Assembly (NCBI GenBank): GCA_002269645.1
Contig: NIVC01000578.1
Span: forward strand, 324,549-388,548
Origin: Macrostomum lignano
Lineage: Eukaryota
DNA: 64,000 bases
Direction of reading: 5' to 3'
Positions 11,246 to 23,000 of this stretch are shown one piece after another (position 1 is the first letter of the stretch; every line of letters starts with the position of its first letter). Below the pieces are notes generated by a model that saw only the letters and a list, made by a program, of their open reading frames with translations, did no database searches and was not told the origin of the DNA. Both the position numbers and the translations under genes were made by a program.

Positions 11246-12000
11246 ATGGCTGCCGCTCACCTCCTGGCCTTCCTGATTCTGCTGGCCGGCTCGGTGCCGC
11301 GGCCGGCGGTGCGGGCCGGACTGGCCCAGCAGTTCCACAGCGTGAACGGCAGCCTGTGCATCGGCAGCGAGTTCACTGAGACCCACAGCGCCGGCTCCGA
11401 GCGCGAGTGCGCCATGCTGTGCAGCGACAGCCAGCGCTGCCAGGCCTTCACCACGGCTGACGGTCCGTGCCAGCTGTTCGTGTTCGACAGGTGCAGCAAG
11501 TCGGTGCGGGACTGCGGCTGCTCCCGGAGAGGCCGCCTGTTCGTGAAGCGGCAGCCGGGACTCGAGCCGGGCGCGCTGTGTCCTGGCTACGGAGACGAGC
11601 TGTGCGGAGTGAAGTACCGCACCATCAGCACCATGCCGCATCCTGGTCGGCCAGCAGGCAGCTGTGCGAGTCGGAGCCGGGCCTGGTGATCATGGCTGAC
11701 GTGATGGACTCAACCGAGATGGAGCACGTAGAGAGCCTGTACAACAAGACCTACCCAGGTGGTTCGATGTGGCTGGGAGGCCTCCAGCTGCCGGGCAGCT
11801 CGGAGCCGGCGGACGGCTGGGTCTGGGCGAGCTGCGGCGGCAGCCTCAGCGCCAGCCTGTGGGCCAGCGGGGAGCCAAGTAATAGCTGGGGTGTCGAGAA
11901 CGTCACCGTCAGGTACCAACCAAAAGTCGGCATCACAGACTTTCCCGACACGGGGGTGGTAGTTGGTGCTCTCTGCGAGTGCGTGTCGCCTTTTGAGTGA
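11246..12000 (+). CDS. Secreted PAN/Apple + C-type lectin protein, copy B (same -1 frameshift at ~11635)
   Basis: Near-identical to copy A over the first ~620 nt; ORFs 11246-11689 and 11467-12000. Confidence 0.75.
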
Positions 12001-12518
12001 CTGAGAGCTCGAACAATTTCAATGTCAATATAAATCACACTTCTGAGACTGAGAATACCTCGTGTAGGTACAGGACAGTTGGCATCGGCAAAGTACGTTG
12101 CTCTTAAAATGAATTTTCGAAAATTCCCCCCCCTAAAGTTTTGTCACAGCAGGCAAGCAGGAGCTGGTGTTGCTATGTGATTAGCGCTGATTTTGATGAG
12201 GCATCGACCTGTTTTCCCGTTTCGAATGTTTGGCTGTTGGCTGTTGCCTTGACCTCTTTGCGATCGAAGTTTTCAATATGCGTATTTCTGTTTTTCTGTC
12301 TCACCCTGCAGACTCACTTGCACTCGTCTTATCGTCTTAACTTTTCCACCTGTAAGTTAAAATTGCGACCAAGCATCCCAATTGTTTAGCCAATGTAAAC
12401 CTATGGTTCACAGTGCCAGCAACGCAAATTTGCTTTTTATTCATAATGCAGAGCAGACCCACACTGTACAGACTCTCTAAAATCAAACTGCCGAATCGAT
12501 TGTAATCCCGTTTATGAG

Positions 12519-12524
12519 AATAAA
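12519..12524 (+). terminator. Candidate poly(A) signal, lectin B
   Basis: AATAAA at the position homologous to copy A. Confidence 0.35.
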
Positions 12525-13843
12525 TATGCACCTATTACTAAACCACTGTCATCTACAAAATTCATGGTAGAATTACTTTTTTTATACACATCATGCATTA
12601 ATTATGTTTAAATTAGTGCACAATGCATGCAGAGTGTGTCTGCTGTGGCTCCGCTTATACTTGAATATGTTTACTAACATAACATTATAAACCTGTAGTA
12701 TGAAATTTACATGTACATGCGATTATAGACTACTAGTAATGAGAATTTTGTAAGTCGTTGAAACGCAAGGGGGTTTGATGTGATAGCAGTGAAGATTATC
12801 TGCTTTTAAAACTTTTGGCGCTCGGCTTTTCTGCTCTTGCCGTTTGTACTCAGTGACAAGTATCAGCCGATTTATGAGATTTTCTGACGTTGACGGCTCT
12901 CAGAGAGCCACTTGTGTCCCAGGAATGACGCCCAGCTGCTAAACGGGGGCGAAATCATTATGCTACTCAAGGGCGCAGGCAGGGAGAGGGGCCCGCAGCC
13001 TCCATTGCAAAGCATGCGGCGCCCCCTTTTCCAGCAGGCTTGACGTCCCCCCCTCCTCACATTCGTTTCTGATTGGTTTTGCTGATTTATTGCATACTTG
13101 CAAGACATTCTTGCATCAATATTCTATCAATATTCTTGCATATGTTTATGTTTGCTATCATAACATAACCTGTACATTTAGTTTTGGGCTTTTATGTACA
13201 AACGCATATAGACTACTAGTAATGAGAACTTTGTAAGTAGTTGAAACGCGTGATACTTTTGCGAGGTGGATATGATGTGATTGCAGTGAAGATCGAAAAG
13301 GTTTATCTCTGCAGGATCAAAATTTGCGGATTTCAACAGGTTGTCCTTTTTATTTATATTTCATATCTTCGCGCCCTGCCTCAGGGGTTTCAACAAACAA
13401 TCACACGAAACGCATCTCCGGTTTTATACATTAAACCAGCCTGTTGCTACGAGAGCAAGGCTGGATTAGTTGGGGTTTTTTGCTTTGCCTTGGTTGAGTT
13501 CGAGCGATTGCAGGAGGTCAGTCGTTGAGTCTTTTCCGCTCTTTCGCGCTCGCAGGTCCAGTTGCTACGCAACTCGGGGTTGACTGTCGGTCTTCTTGGG
13601 CGCGCCCGCGCAAGAAATACGGCGGACTCCGGGCCGTGGAGCAGGCGGGGGCAACTCGCTGAGCTGCACAAAAGAGTTGGGATTCTGAAAGATCACTAAA
13701 AAAGCGTCAGAGCAAGCAAAAGAGCAAAGCTAAACGCGGGCGCCAACACAAGTAATGAGACGCGTCCTGAGCCACTCCATCGTTTCTGACAGCCAGACCG
13801 ACCCGGGGGAGACCGGCCACAGCGATTATAAAGGTAAAGGGTT

Positions 13844-13899
13844 TAGCAACCCTGATGAAGCTGGGTAAGCCCAAACGCCACAAAACCAGTCAGTTGCTA
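13844..13899 (+). ncRNA. Degenerate type I hammerhead-ribozyme-like motif
   Basis: TAGCAAC-C-CTGATGA-AGCT.GGGTA.AGCC-CAAAC...GTC-A-GTTGCTA; 7-bp stem I; G12 replaced by C; weak stem III. Confidence 0.3.
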
Positions 13900-14227
13900 G
13901 GGCGATCCGCTCTGCCCTCGCAGGGGTTGTGGCGGAGTGGGGTTGCTAGCGCATTGGTTGAGTCTGCGGCTCTCCCCTTCCCTTGGCTTCTGTCCCTCAC
14001 AAAGCTCAGTCCGTCCCCGTCAGCGGTACATTGTTCTGCTCATCTCCGGAGGGGGTCCGGTGTCCATCTCGTCCCGTTGCCAGGCGGGTTTCCACGGCAG
14101 CCATCGATCGGTTGTTTTCCGCGGGCCTTCCTCCTGGCTGTGGCTACGTCTCCGGCGGGCTGGCTGTCTGACACGATGGAGTGGGATCAGGGAATGTCTC
14201 ATTTACTCATGCTGGCGTCCGCATCCT

Positions 14228-14400
14228 CGGCTGGGTCTGGGCGAGCTGCGGCATGCAGCATCAGCGCCAGCCTGTGGGCCAGCGGGGAGCCAAACAATGG
14301 CGGTGGGGAGGTAGAGAACGTCACTGCAAGTACCAACCATAAAGTCAGTCGGTGTGACATTGTGACAGTCGGTGTGCTGTGCGAGGGTGTCGCCTTTTGA
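14228..14400 (+). pseudogene. 5'-truncated third C-type lectin copy
   Basis: Homologous to the 3' third of A/B (SASLWASGEPNNGGGEVENVT...VGVLCEG); no signal peptide or PAN part; internal indels. Confidence 0.75.
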
Positions 14401-15430
14401 GTATCCGAGTGCTCGACTAACTTCAATTGTCAATAAATCACACTTCTGAGACTTGAGTGCCTATTGTATAGGTACAGGGAGCAGTTGCGCATGGACAAAG
14501 AGCAGAGTTTATTGGACTCAAAGAAATGACTGCTGTCGGATTTCCATCCTCCAAATATTTGTAATTTCTGTTTTGCAATTCAGCCTCGTACTTTTCAGTT
14601 AGCCGACTCACTTTGTCTATCATGCTTTTTCCCACAGACTATCGTAACCGTTAATTTACCACCAGATAATTCAGCTAACCTGTTCATTATGTTAGTATAA
14701 ATACAAGTTCAACTCGCGGCTTCGGCCCTTGTCCTCGTCCTCTGCTTCACTTCTTTTATGCCCCGTTAATCACCTATATACGAGCGTATTTAGTAGTTAA
14801 TTGTCTACGAGTATTCGACAACTCAAGTATTTTCAAGGATTTTCAAGTTTTCTCTATAGTTTCGACAAAGTAAGCTAGGTAAGCAGGAGCTGATGTAGGT
14901 GATTAGCGCTGATTCTGATGAGGCATCGACCTGTTTTCCCGTTTCGAATGTTTTACTGTACTTTCAAAAACTGGCCTAGACTGTTGCGAGCATATCGAAG
15001 TTTTCAATTTGCGTATTTTGTTTTTCAACTTTTCTGTCTCACCCCGCACTCGCCTTTGAGTTTTCCACGAAAATTAGAAGTGTTAAACCAATGCTTCAGT
15101 GATATGTACATGCAAATATCCTATCTAAGCATAAATTACATAAAAGCAATTTGTTAGATGTGTGTCATTCCTGGAATAGACGCTCGCTGTCCTTTATTGA
15201 ACTCATAGCAAAAATGAATAGATTTTATATTTGTTATAATTAATTAGTTGTTTAAATTCGTGTACACGTACATGCAGATCTTTTCTGCTGCAGCTCCGGT
15301 ATGAGTAACATACGAGTACACCATGCCTAACCCTGCAGTTATGGGGGGCTTCACATCTATATATGCACATGTAGACTACTAGTAATAACTGTCAGTAGTT
15401 GAGAAGCGTGATACTTCAGCAAGGAGGGGG
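14228..15430 (+). repeat. Partial third duplication unit (3' side only)
   Basis: Matches 11820-12780, including GATTAGCGCTGATT..GATGAGGCATCGACC and TACTAGTAAT; an extra TACTAGTAAT block lies at ~13210. Confidence 0.8.
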
Positions 15431-15592
15431 GGGGGGTAAGGGTAACTGATTAACCATCCAGACAGCCTTTGAGACAGTGGAGGGAGCAGATATACTCGTA
15501 AATTTGAATGGAACAGGATTTCAAGTTTTGAGTTTAAAATGGTACACGACGAAGCTTGATTGCGCGTATCAGGCATTAAACCGACTATACCG

Positions 15593-15670
15593 TCTCACTG
15601 AGTGACAGACCAGCAACCAATTGTCACTGAGTGACCAGACCAGCAACCAATTGTCACTGAGTGACCAGAC
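15593..15670. repeat. Three ~28-bp units containing the palindrome GTCACT-G-AGTGAC
   Basis: Direct reading. Confidence 0.7.
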
Positions 15671-16571
15671 TAAATTTAAACAAAATTATCTGCTTTATGG
15701 CTCCCATTTCTTCGACGCTCACCGCAGACGCTTGCTACTAAAACTGTGCATGTGTCGTGAAGACTCAAAAAAGAAACGAACGGTGATGCAGAACGCAGAA
15801 AACCTAATATTAACGACATTTCTTCACTCGCCATGCAAGCTTTTCGCGTCAAAATCTCTACTTTCTACTTACATGCATCAGTAGACAAATTAGACCGATT
15901 GGCCACCGATCAACGATCGCTCCTCCCGTAAGACCCAATTAAATCAACAATTAAGCAGGCACTGCTATCAGCCAGTTTTGTTTTAAACAGGCAATTAATA
16001 ATTTATTAGACGCAAATGTTCGGAGTGAGCAGGCCAGAGGCCAGCAGCAGTTAGAAGCGCGAGTTGTTTTTGTTAATGTTAACGCGAGTCCACTTCATCC
16101 TCAGAGCAAGGCACTGATGGGCCAAAGCGAAGATTCTGGATAGCAACAAGATGTGTCTTGAATGTTGGCAGATTGAGCGAATTTCCTTCAATTTTCATTG
16201 AATTTAAATTTTTCCTGCAATATGCGCATCAGCTACTGAATAAAGAGTAGCTTATGGCCGGCAGTTCTTGCTGATATCCCGAAATCTTTGTATCAAACTA
16301 AGGAAACAAAACAATGTGATATTTAATAATAAATAAATAAATATCAGTAAATAACGAGCTAGTGTAATGAGCGAGTGTGAAGAACCCCCCTCCCCAATAG
16401 AACTATTCGAACCGAAAGAATGAACTTGAACTTCGAATCGAGTCCCACAGAGGCTTATAGCAGCATTTGATCCCCATTCAGAGTTTATGCAGTAATGAAA
16501 CAGGAAATAAAATCAGTTTGTGGCGGGACAGCTACGCAGAGCAGTGATCGGCTCAGCGGGTGATGAGGGGG

Positions 16572-16729
16572 TCAGTTGCCGCCCTTCTTGGAGTCTTTGT
16601 CCTTCTTCTTGCGGCCGGAGAACATGCGGAACAGGCTGCTGCTCTTCTTCTTGTCCTTGGAGTCCTGGGCAGCCGACTCGCCTGCGGGTTCAAGTGGCAG
16701 CGGTGGAGTCTGGAAACGGCTGCTCATGA
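16572..16729 (-). CDS. kst: terminal coding exon 33
   Basis: VMSSRFQTPP...DKKKSSSLFRMFSGRKKKDKDSKKGGN-stop; basic F-x-x-F tail like the C-termini of beta-spectrins. Confidence 0.78.
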
Positions 16730-17052
16730 CTGAGCACTGCGAGCGCTGTTTGTTGAGCAACAGCTTGTGGTTTCGCATTTTAAATCGGCGATGCTTATAA
16801 TTGACACACTGGGATAAAACTCGGTCTCTGAGCACAACAGGGTACTGTGAGCTCATGTAGAAAAATACTTGCTTCCATTGTTCTCCAGTACGCCATTTAA
16901 CCTGTTGATCTATTTAAAGCACGGAAAATCGTTGCGCTGATTGAATATTCACTAAAGGCTGCTTAATTCTGAAAAGTTGCCTCCATATGGTTTAGAAGTT
17001 ATTACACAGTTTGAATTTGTAGTTCTGCGCCACCCTGTATTCACAATCACTA

Positions 17053-17095
<43 letters not shown>

Positions 17096-20000
17096 GTTCC
17101 CATTTATCGGTAGTGCATTTTTCTCGCAAGGCCTGCTATCAAAGGTGTTTCTAAGAAAGCAAGTTTCTAGTCCTCGCACGAGACAAATGAAGGAACTCAA
17201 AACAGGCCAGGAGCCCACCTGTGGACACACAGCCGCATGGTGAACATGCAGTGCATAGAACACATACAACAGAAGTTACTTGGAATATTTCAGTGTGTCA
17301 ATTGTAGGAATCGCCGCGTTAAAACAAAACACAAGTTGGCTGATTGAGTGCTGCAGCTACTCTGGAATCTCAGCCTACAACACAAAATGCAACATAAATG
17401 CGCATAAAGCCTACTGCCCAGAGCCCAGACCAGGGGTCAGCAAACTTTTTATCTCAAGGGCCAGACAGAACCTAGCGAGTTACTGCGGGCCAGCGGAGTG
17501 GAAAGGGAGAGGAAATAGAGAAGAGAGAAGAGAGGGGAGAAAGGAGAAGAGAGATGAGAGAAGGGAGTGGAAAGGAGAGAGATGAGGAGAGAAGCGAGAA
17601 GAGAGGGGAGGGAAAAGAGAAGAGAGGGGAGGGAAAAGAGAAGAGAGGGGAGGGAGAAGAGAAGAGAGGGGAGGGAGAAGAGAAGAGAGGGGAGGGAGAA
17701 GAGAAGAGAGGGGAGGGAGAAGAGAAGAGAGGGGAGGGAGAAGAGAAGAGAGGGGAGGGAAAAGAGAAGAGAGGGCAGGGAAAAGAGAATAGAGGGCAGA
17801 GAAAAGAGAAGAGAGGGGAGGGAGAAGAGAAGAGAGGGGAGGGGGAAGAGAAGAGAGGGGAGGGAGAAGAGAAGAGAGGGGAGGGAAAAGAGAAGAGAGG
17901 GCAGAGAAAAGAGAAGAGAGGGCAGGGAAAAGAGAAGAGAGGGCAGAGAAAAGAGAAGAGAGGGGAGGGAGAAGAGAAGAGAGGGGAGGGAAAAGAGAAG
18001 AGAGGGCAGGGAAAAGAGAAGAGAGGGGAGGGAAAAGAGAAGAGAGGGAGGGAAAAGAGAAGAGAGGGAGGGAAAAGAGAAGAGAGGGGAGGGAGAAGAG
18101 AAGAGAGGGAGGGAAAAGAGAAGAGAGGGGAGGGAGAAGAGAAGAGAGGGGAGGGAGAAGAGAAGAGAGGGAGGGAAAAGAGAAGAGAGGGCAGGGAAAA
18201 GAGAAGAGAGGGGAGGGAGAAGAGAAGAGAGGGGAGGGAGAAGAGAAGAGAGGGGAGGGGGAAGAGAAGAGAGGGGAGGGAGAAGAGAAGAGAGGGGAGG
18301 GAAAAGAGAGGAGAGGGGAGGGAAAAGAGAAGAGAGGGCAGGGAAAAGAGAAGAGAGGGGAGGGAAAAGAGAAGAGAGGGGAGGGAAAAGAGAAGAGAGG
18401 GGAGGGAGAAGAGAAGAGAGGGGAGGGAGAAGAGAAGAGAGGGGAGGGGGAAGAGAAGAGAGGGGAGGGAGAAGAGAAGAGAGGGGAGGGAAAAGAGAGG
18501 AGAGGGGAGGGAAAAGAGAAGAGAGGGGAGGGAAAAGAGAGGAGAGGGGAGGGAAAAGAGAAGAGAGGGCAGAGAAAATAGAAGAGAGGGGAGGCAAAAG
18601 AGAAGAGAGGGGAGGGAAAAGAGAAGAGAGGGGAGGAAAAAGAGAAGAGAGGGGAGGGAGAAGAGAAGAGAGGGGAGGAAAAAGAGAAGAGAGGGGAGGG
18701 AAAAGAGAGGAGAGGGGAGGGAAAAGAGAAGAGAGGGGAGGGAAAAGAGAAGAGAGGGGAGGGAAAAGAGAAGAGAGTTGAGATTCCACTAGAGAGTTGA
18801 GAAGAGACTCAAACCCTGAGCGGGCCGGATTGCAGTTTCAAAGGACCCGAGGGCCGGATAGAGAGGCATTGCGGTCCGCAGTTTGCCGACCCCTGGCCTA
18901 CTAGACCATGAGCAGTGCACACAGAGCAAAAAAGCGAGTTTCCGCGCCCCATACCGGACACATCGGCTGACACCGCCACCCGAGGAAGAGTCTGAGACAC
19001 CTGCTGGCCGGCTGGGGACCGGGGCTCTGCGCGCGAACAGTGAAGGCACAGCGGGGGGTCGGTGAGTGACACAATGCATGAGTAAATTTAGCCAGGCATG
19101 CGCAAATTGTACTACTAAAAATGAGTTATAGACAACAAGTAGAGTGATGCGTAAAAAAATAAGTTTTATTAAAGGCAAAAACATCACTTTAAGGGTATGT
19201 AAAGTTAAGGTTTGACACCCAAAGCTGGTTTGAGGCTAGTTTAGGTTTTAGTACACAACACAGAGGTAAGCGGCATGCAAACAGAGGTGTAAAATCTGCA
19301 TCAATAATGTAATAAAATTTATTTTTAGCTGACAAACCTTCGTCCGAGGATGAATCGCCATCCGCTGCGGCAATGAAAAAGCAGAGATCAGTGAGTGCGG
19401 TGCTGGGTGACCAGTTACTCATAGCAGCTGAGCGCAAACTTGATAATATATCAATAACTTTAGCACTTTGCTCGCGAAATTATCTAACTAGGTGCGCCCG
19501 GAACTCGGGTGATTAATCTTTGCTTTACCTAATCCGCTTCCTCTAATCTGCTTCCGATAATCCGCTTTCTCTAATCTACTTTCGATAATCCGCTCCCTTT
19601 AATATGCTTCCTCTAATCTGCTTCCGATAATCCATTTCCTCTAATCTGCTTCCGATAATCCATTTCCTCTAATCTGCTTCCGATAATCCAATTGTCTTTA
19701 TTTGCTTCCGATAATCCAATTTCTCAAATCTGCTTCCGATAACTCACTTCCTCTAATCTGCTTCCGATAATTCACTTCCTCTAATCTGCTTCCGATAATC
19801 CAATTGCCTTTATTTGCTTCCGATAATCCAATTCCTCTAATCTGCTTCCGATAATTCACTTCCTCTAATCTGCTTCCGATAATTCACTTCCTCTAATCTG
19901 CTTCCGATAATCCAATTGCCTTTATTTGCTTCCGATAATCCAATTCCTCTAATCTGCTTCCGATAATTCACTTCCTCTAATCTGCTTCCGATAATCCAAT

Positions 20001-23000
20001 TGTCTTTATTTGCTTCCGATAATCCAATTCCTCTAATCTGCTTCCGATAATCCACTTCCTCTAATCTGCTGCCGATAATTCACTTCCTCTAATCTGCTTC
20101 CGATAATCCAATTGCCTTTATTTGCTTCCGATAATCCATTTCCTCTAATCTGCTTCCGATAATCCAATTCCTCTAATCTGCTTCCGATAATCCAATTGTC
20201 TTTATTTGCTTCTGAATTCCCATAATCCGCTTCCCGCTCACCTTTGCCGCCGGCAGCGCCGCCCTCCTCAGCCCGAAGCTGGGCGGCCCGCGACTTGCCA
20301 GACGAGGCAGTCGAGACGGACGCCGTCGGAGTGGCGCCGGCAACGGAGGCGGCCCTTGGCGAGCCGGAGGCGGCCAGGGTGGCGGATTTTCGCTCTGTCG
20401 GGACCGGCGCGGCCGCAGCCGGGGAGGCCGGCGGGGTTCCCGAGGTCACGTGACTGGCCGGCCTCGGGCTGGCGGCCACGCTGGCGTGCTTGATGCCACT
20501 GGCGCCGCCGCTGCCCCGCAGCGACACCTCCAGGCTGACGGTGGTGTCGTCGGCGTCGAACTTGTCATCAACATCGTCGGCAGCGCCGCCGCCCTCGGTG
20601 ACGTCCTCGTCGGCCTCCTGGCGAATATCGGCGAGCTGCCTGCTGGGATCCAGGCTGGCCTTGAAGCTGATCTGGCCCTGCCAGGTCAGGCAGTCCTGGG
20701 CGGTGGGCAGCATCAGCAGGTACAGCGAGCCGTCGCGCAGGTGCAGCCGCAGGGCGTGCCGGTGCTCGGCGTCCATCTCGCAGCGGCAGCCGTGGATCAT
20801 GAGGGTGTGCTGGGCGGTGTCCCCGGTCACGTGAGCTGGCACACCGGCAGAGGGGGAGAGACAAGCGTTAGACTTGACTGACAGTAGGTTAGTTTGATTT
20901 TTATTAATTCATATCTTTGTATATTAAATTAATTTATTAATTAAGCTGCTAATGGCAGCTACAGTGGCTGAGAACTGGAATTTGGGGGGCATTCGATACG
21001 CGCCCATCTTGTATATTAAATTAATTTATTAATTAAGCTGCTAATGGCAGCTACAGTGGCTGAGAACTGGAATTTGGGGGGCATTCGATACGCGCCCATC
21101 TTGAGCGCCACAAGAGCGCAAAAATCAGATTGCAGTACATTGCGCGCGATTTCCGATGCTCTGCGCTCTTGTGCTCCCAAATTGGTGCTCCACAATCTCC
21201 ACTGTTCCATATTAGCCTTCGTAATCTGCCTTCGTTCGCCTTCCGATAATCAAATCTCACTAATCAGCTACCGATAATCTGCTTCCACTAACCTGCCTCC
21301 GATAATCTGCTTCCTTAATTCTGCTTCCGAAAATCCACTTCCACTAATCTGCTTCCGAAAATCCGCTTCCTCTAATCTGCTTCCGATAATCCACTTCCAC
21401 TAATCTGCTTCCGATAATCCGCTTCCACTAATCTGCTTCCGAAAATCCGCTTCCACTAATCTGCCTCCGATAATCCACTTCCACTAATCTGCTTCCGATA
21501 ATCCGCTTCCACTAATCTGCTTCCGAAAATCCGCTTCCACTAATCTGCCTCCGATAATCCACTTCCACTAATCTGCTTCCGAAAATCCACTTCCACTAAT
21601 CTGCCTCCGATAATCCGCTTCCACTAATCTGCCTCCGATAATCCGCTTCCACTAATCTGCCTCCGATAATCCGCTTCCACTAATCTGCCTCCGATAATCC
21701 GCTTCCACTACCCAAAGACGCGCTTATGCCCGATCCGCTGCGCTATTTTGGCCAACCATCACAAGGCGCACAAATCCCACAGATTAGTGGCACTCAGCAC
21801 ACAGCCAGCCACTAGAACTGGCGGTTAAATCAAACTACTTAGAATTAGGTCTAACGGTGATCGTTATGCAAATCAAACCTCCCAGGTACGAGAGGTACAT
21901 TAGTGAATGATTAGCCTTGGCGTGAATGATTTTGGTGAACTGCGCAAGATAAATTGCACAGACAAAAACAGAAAAATTATCGCAGTAGACTCTGTCGCCA
22001 AACGAAAATAGAAACGCGAGTGGAAGTCAAATCGGTAAAGAAAGAATTCGATTATTTTCCGGTTATAAAAACACGATTACACAAAAATGCGCCAGTTAGC
22101 TACTATGAGTAGCTTGATAAAAATGACGCGGGTTTAAAAAACACAAAATCAGAGGACTCGGGCTGGCCCGGTCGAGACAAACGACTGGTGACGACATACC
22201 GGCTGAAATGGGGCGCAAAGGTGTGGGCGGGAGTGAAGCACCTGCCTGTGCTGAATGCGTGAGCGGCGCTCTCAGCCAATCACACGGGCAATTAATATTC
22301 ATTAGGCAATCAGGTGACTTTATTAAATGGAAAATCTGATATTTCAATCATTACTGCTTGCTTTGATTGGGCAATTTTGCCGGCTGCATTAAAATTACAC
22401 TTACCAGCTACAAAGGAGAAAATTTGGAATAAAAATATAATGGGGAAATGTTTAAATATTGTCAATAAATATGAGATAAGTAGCTTATAAATATGCATAT
22501 AGGTATGTATTGTTTCTCATTCAGTACAAAACTCCGACACTTACTAATACAATATTATTGCGGCAAGCAAACACTGGATGGCCTACTGCAAGTAGTATTG
22601 TGTTGAACAGGCGCATGCAAATTCACATATACAATACAATAGAAAACACGGATTAAGCGTTGATTGTTTAAAATTTAAAATTCTCAAAAGGTGGCAGCAC
22701 ATCTTTTTATCCAAAAAAAATCTGAGCTTCCTGAAATAAAAATTTACAAGCAGCACCAACTCTCTACCCAGTAACTTCCGCACTACAGCTCCCAGCATCT
22801 TTACTGCCCCCACTACCCCTAACTCCACCCCAACTACCCTCCACCACACCCTCAGCTCCCCCACCTCGGCTCCCCCCATCCCAGCCCCCCCACACCTTCA
22901 GCTCCCCCACTACCTCAGCTCCCCCTACCTCGACTCCCCCACACCCTCAGCTCCCCCACACCCTCAGCTCCCCACCCCAGCTCCCCCTTACCCTCAGCTC

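Larger units (their letters stand above)
8810..12850 (+). repeat. Tandem segmental duplication unit B
   Basis: Collinear with unit A; carries an expanded 23-bp array. Confidence 0.85.

Noticed and set aside
17449-18792. Arg/Glu/Gly-rich and Leu/Ser/Pro-rich ORFs of >400 aa
   Set aside because: Translations of the polypurine array inside a MITE.
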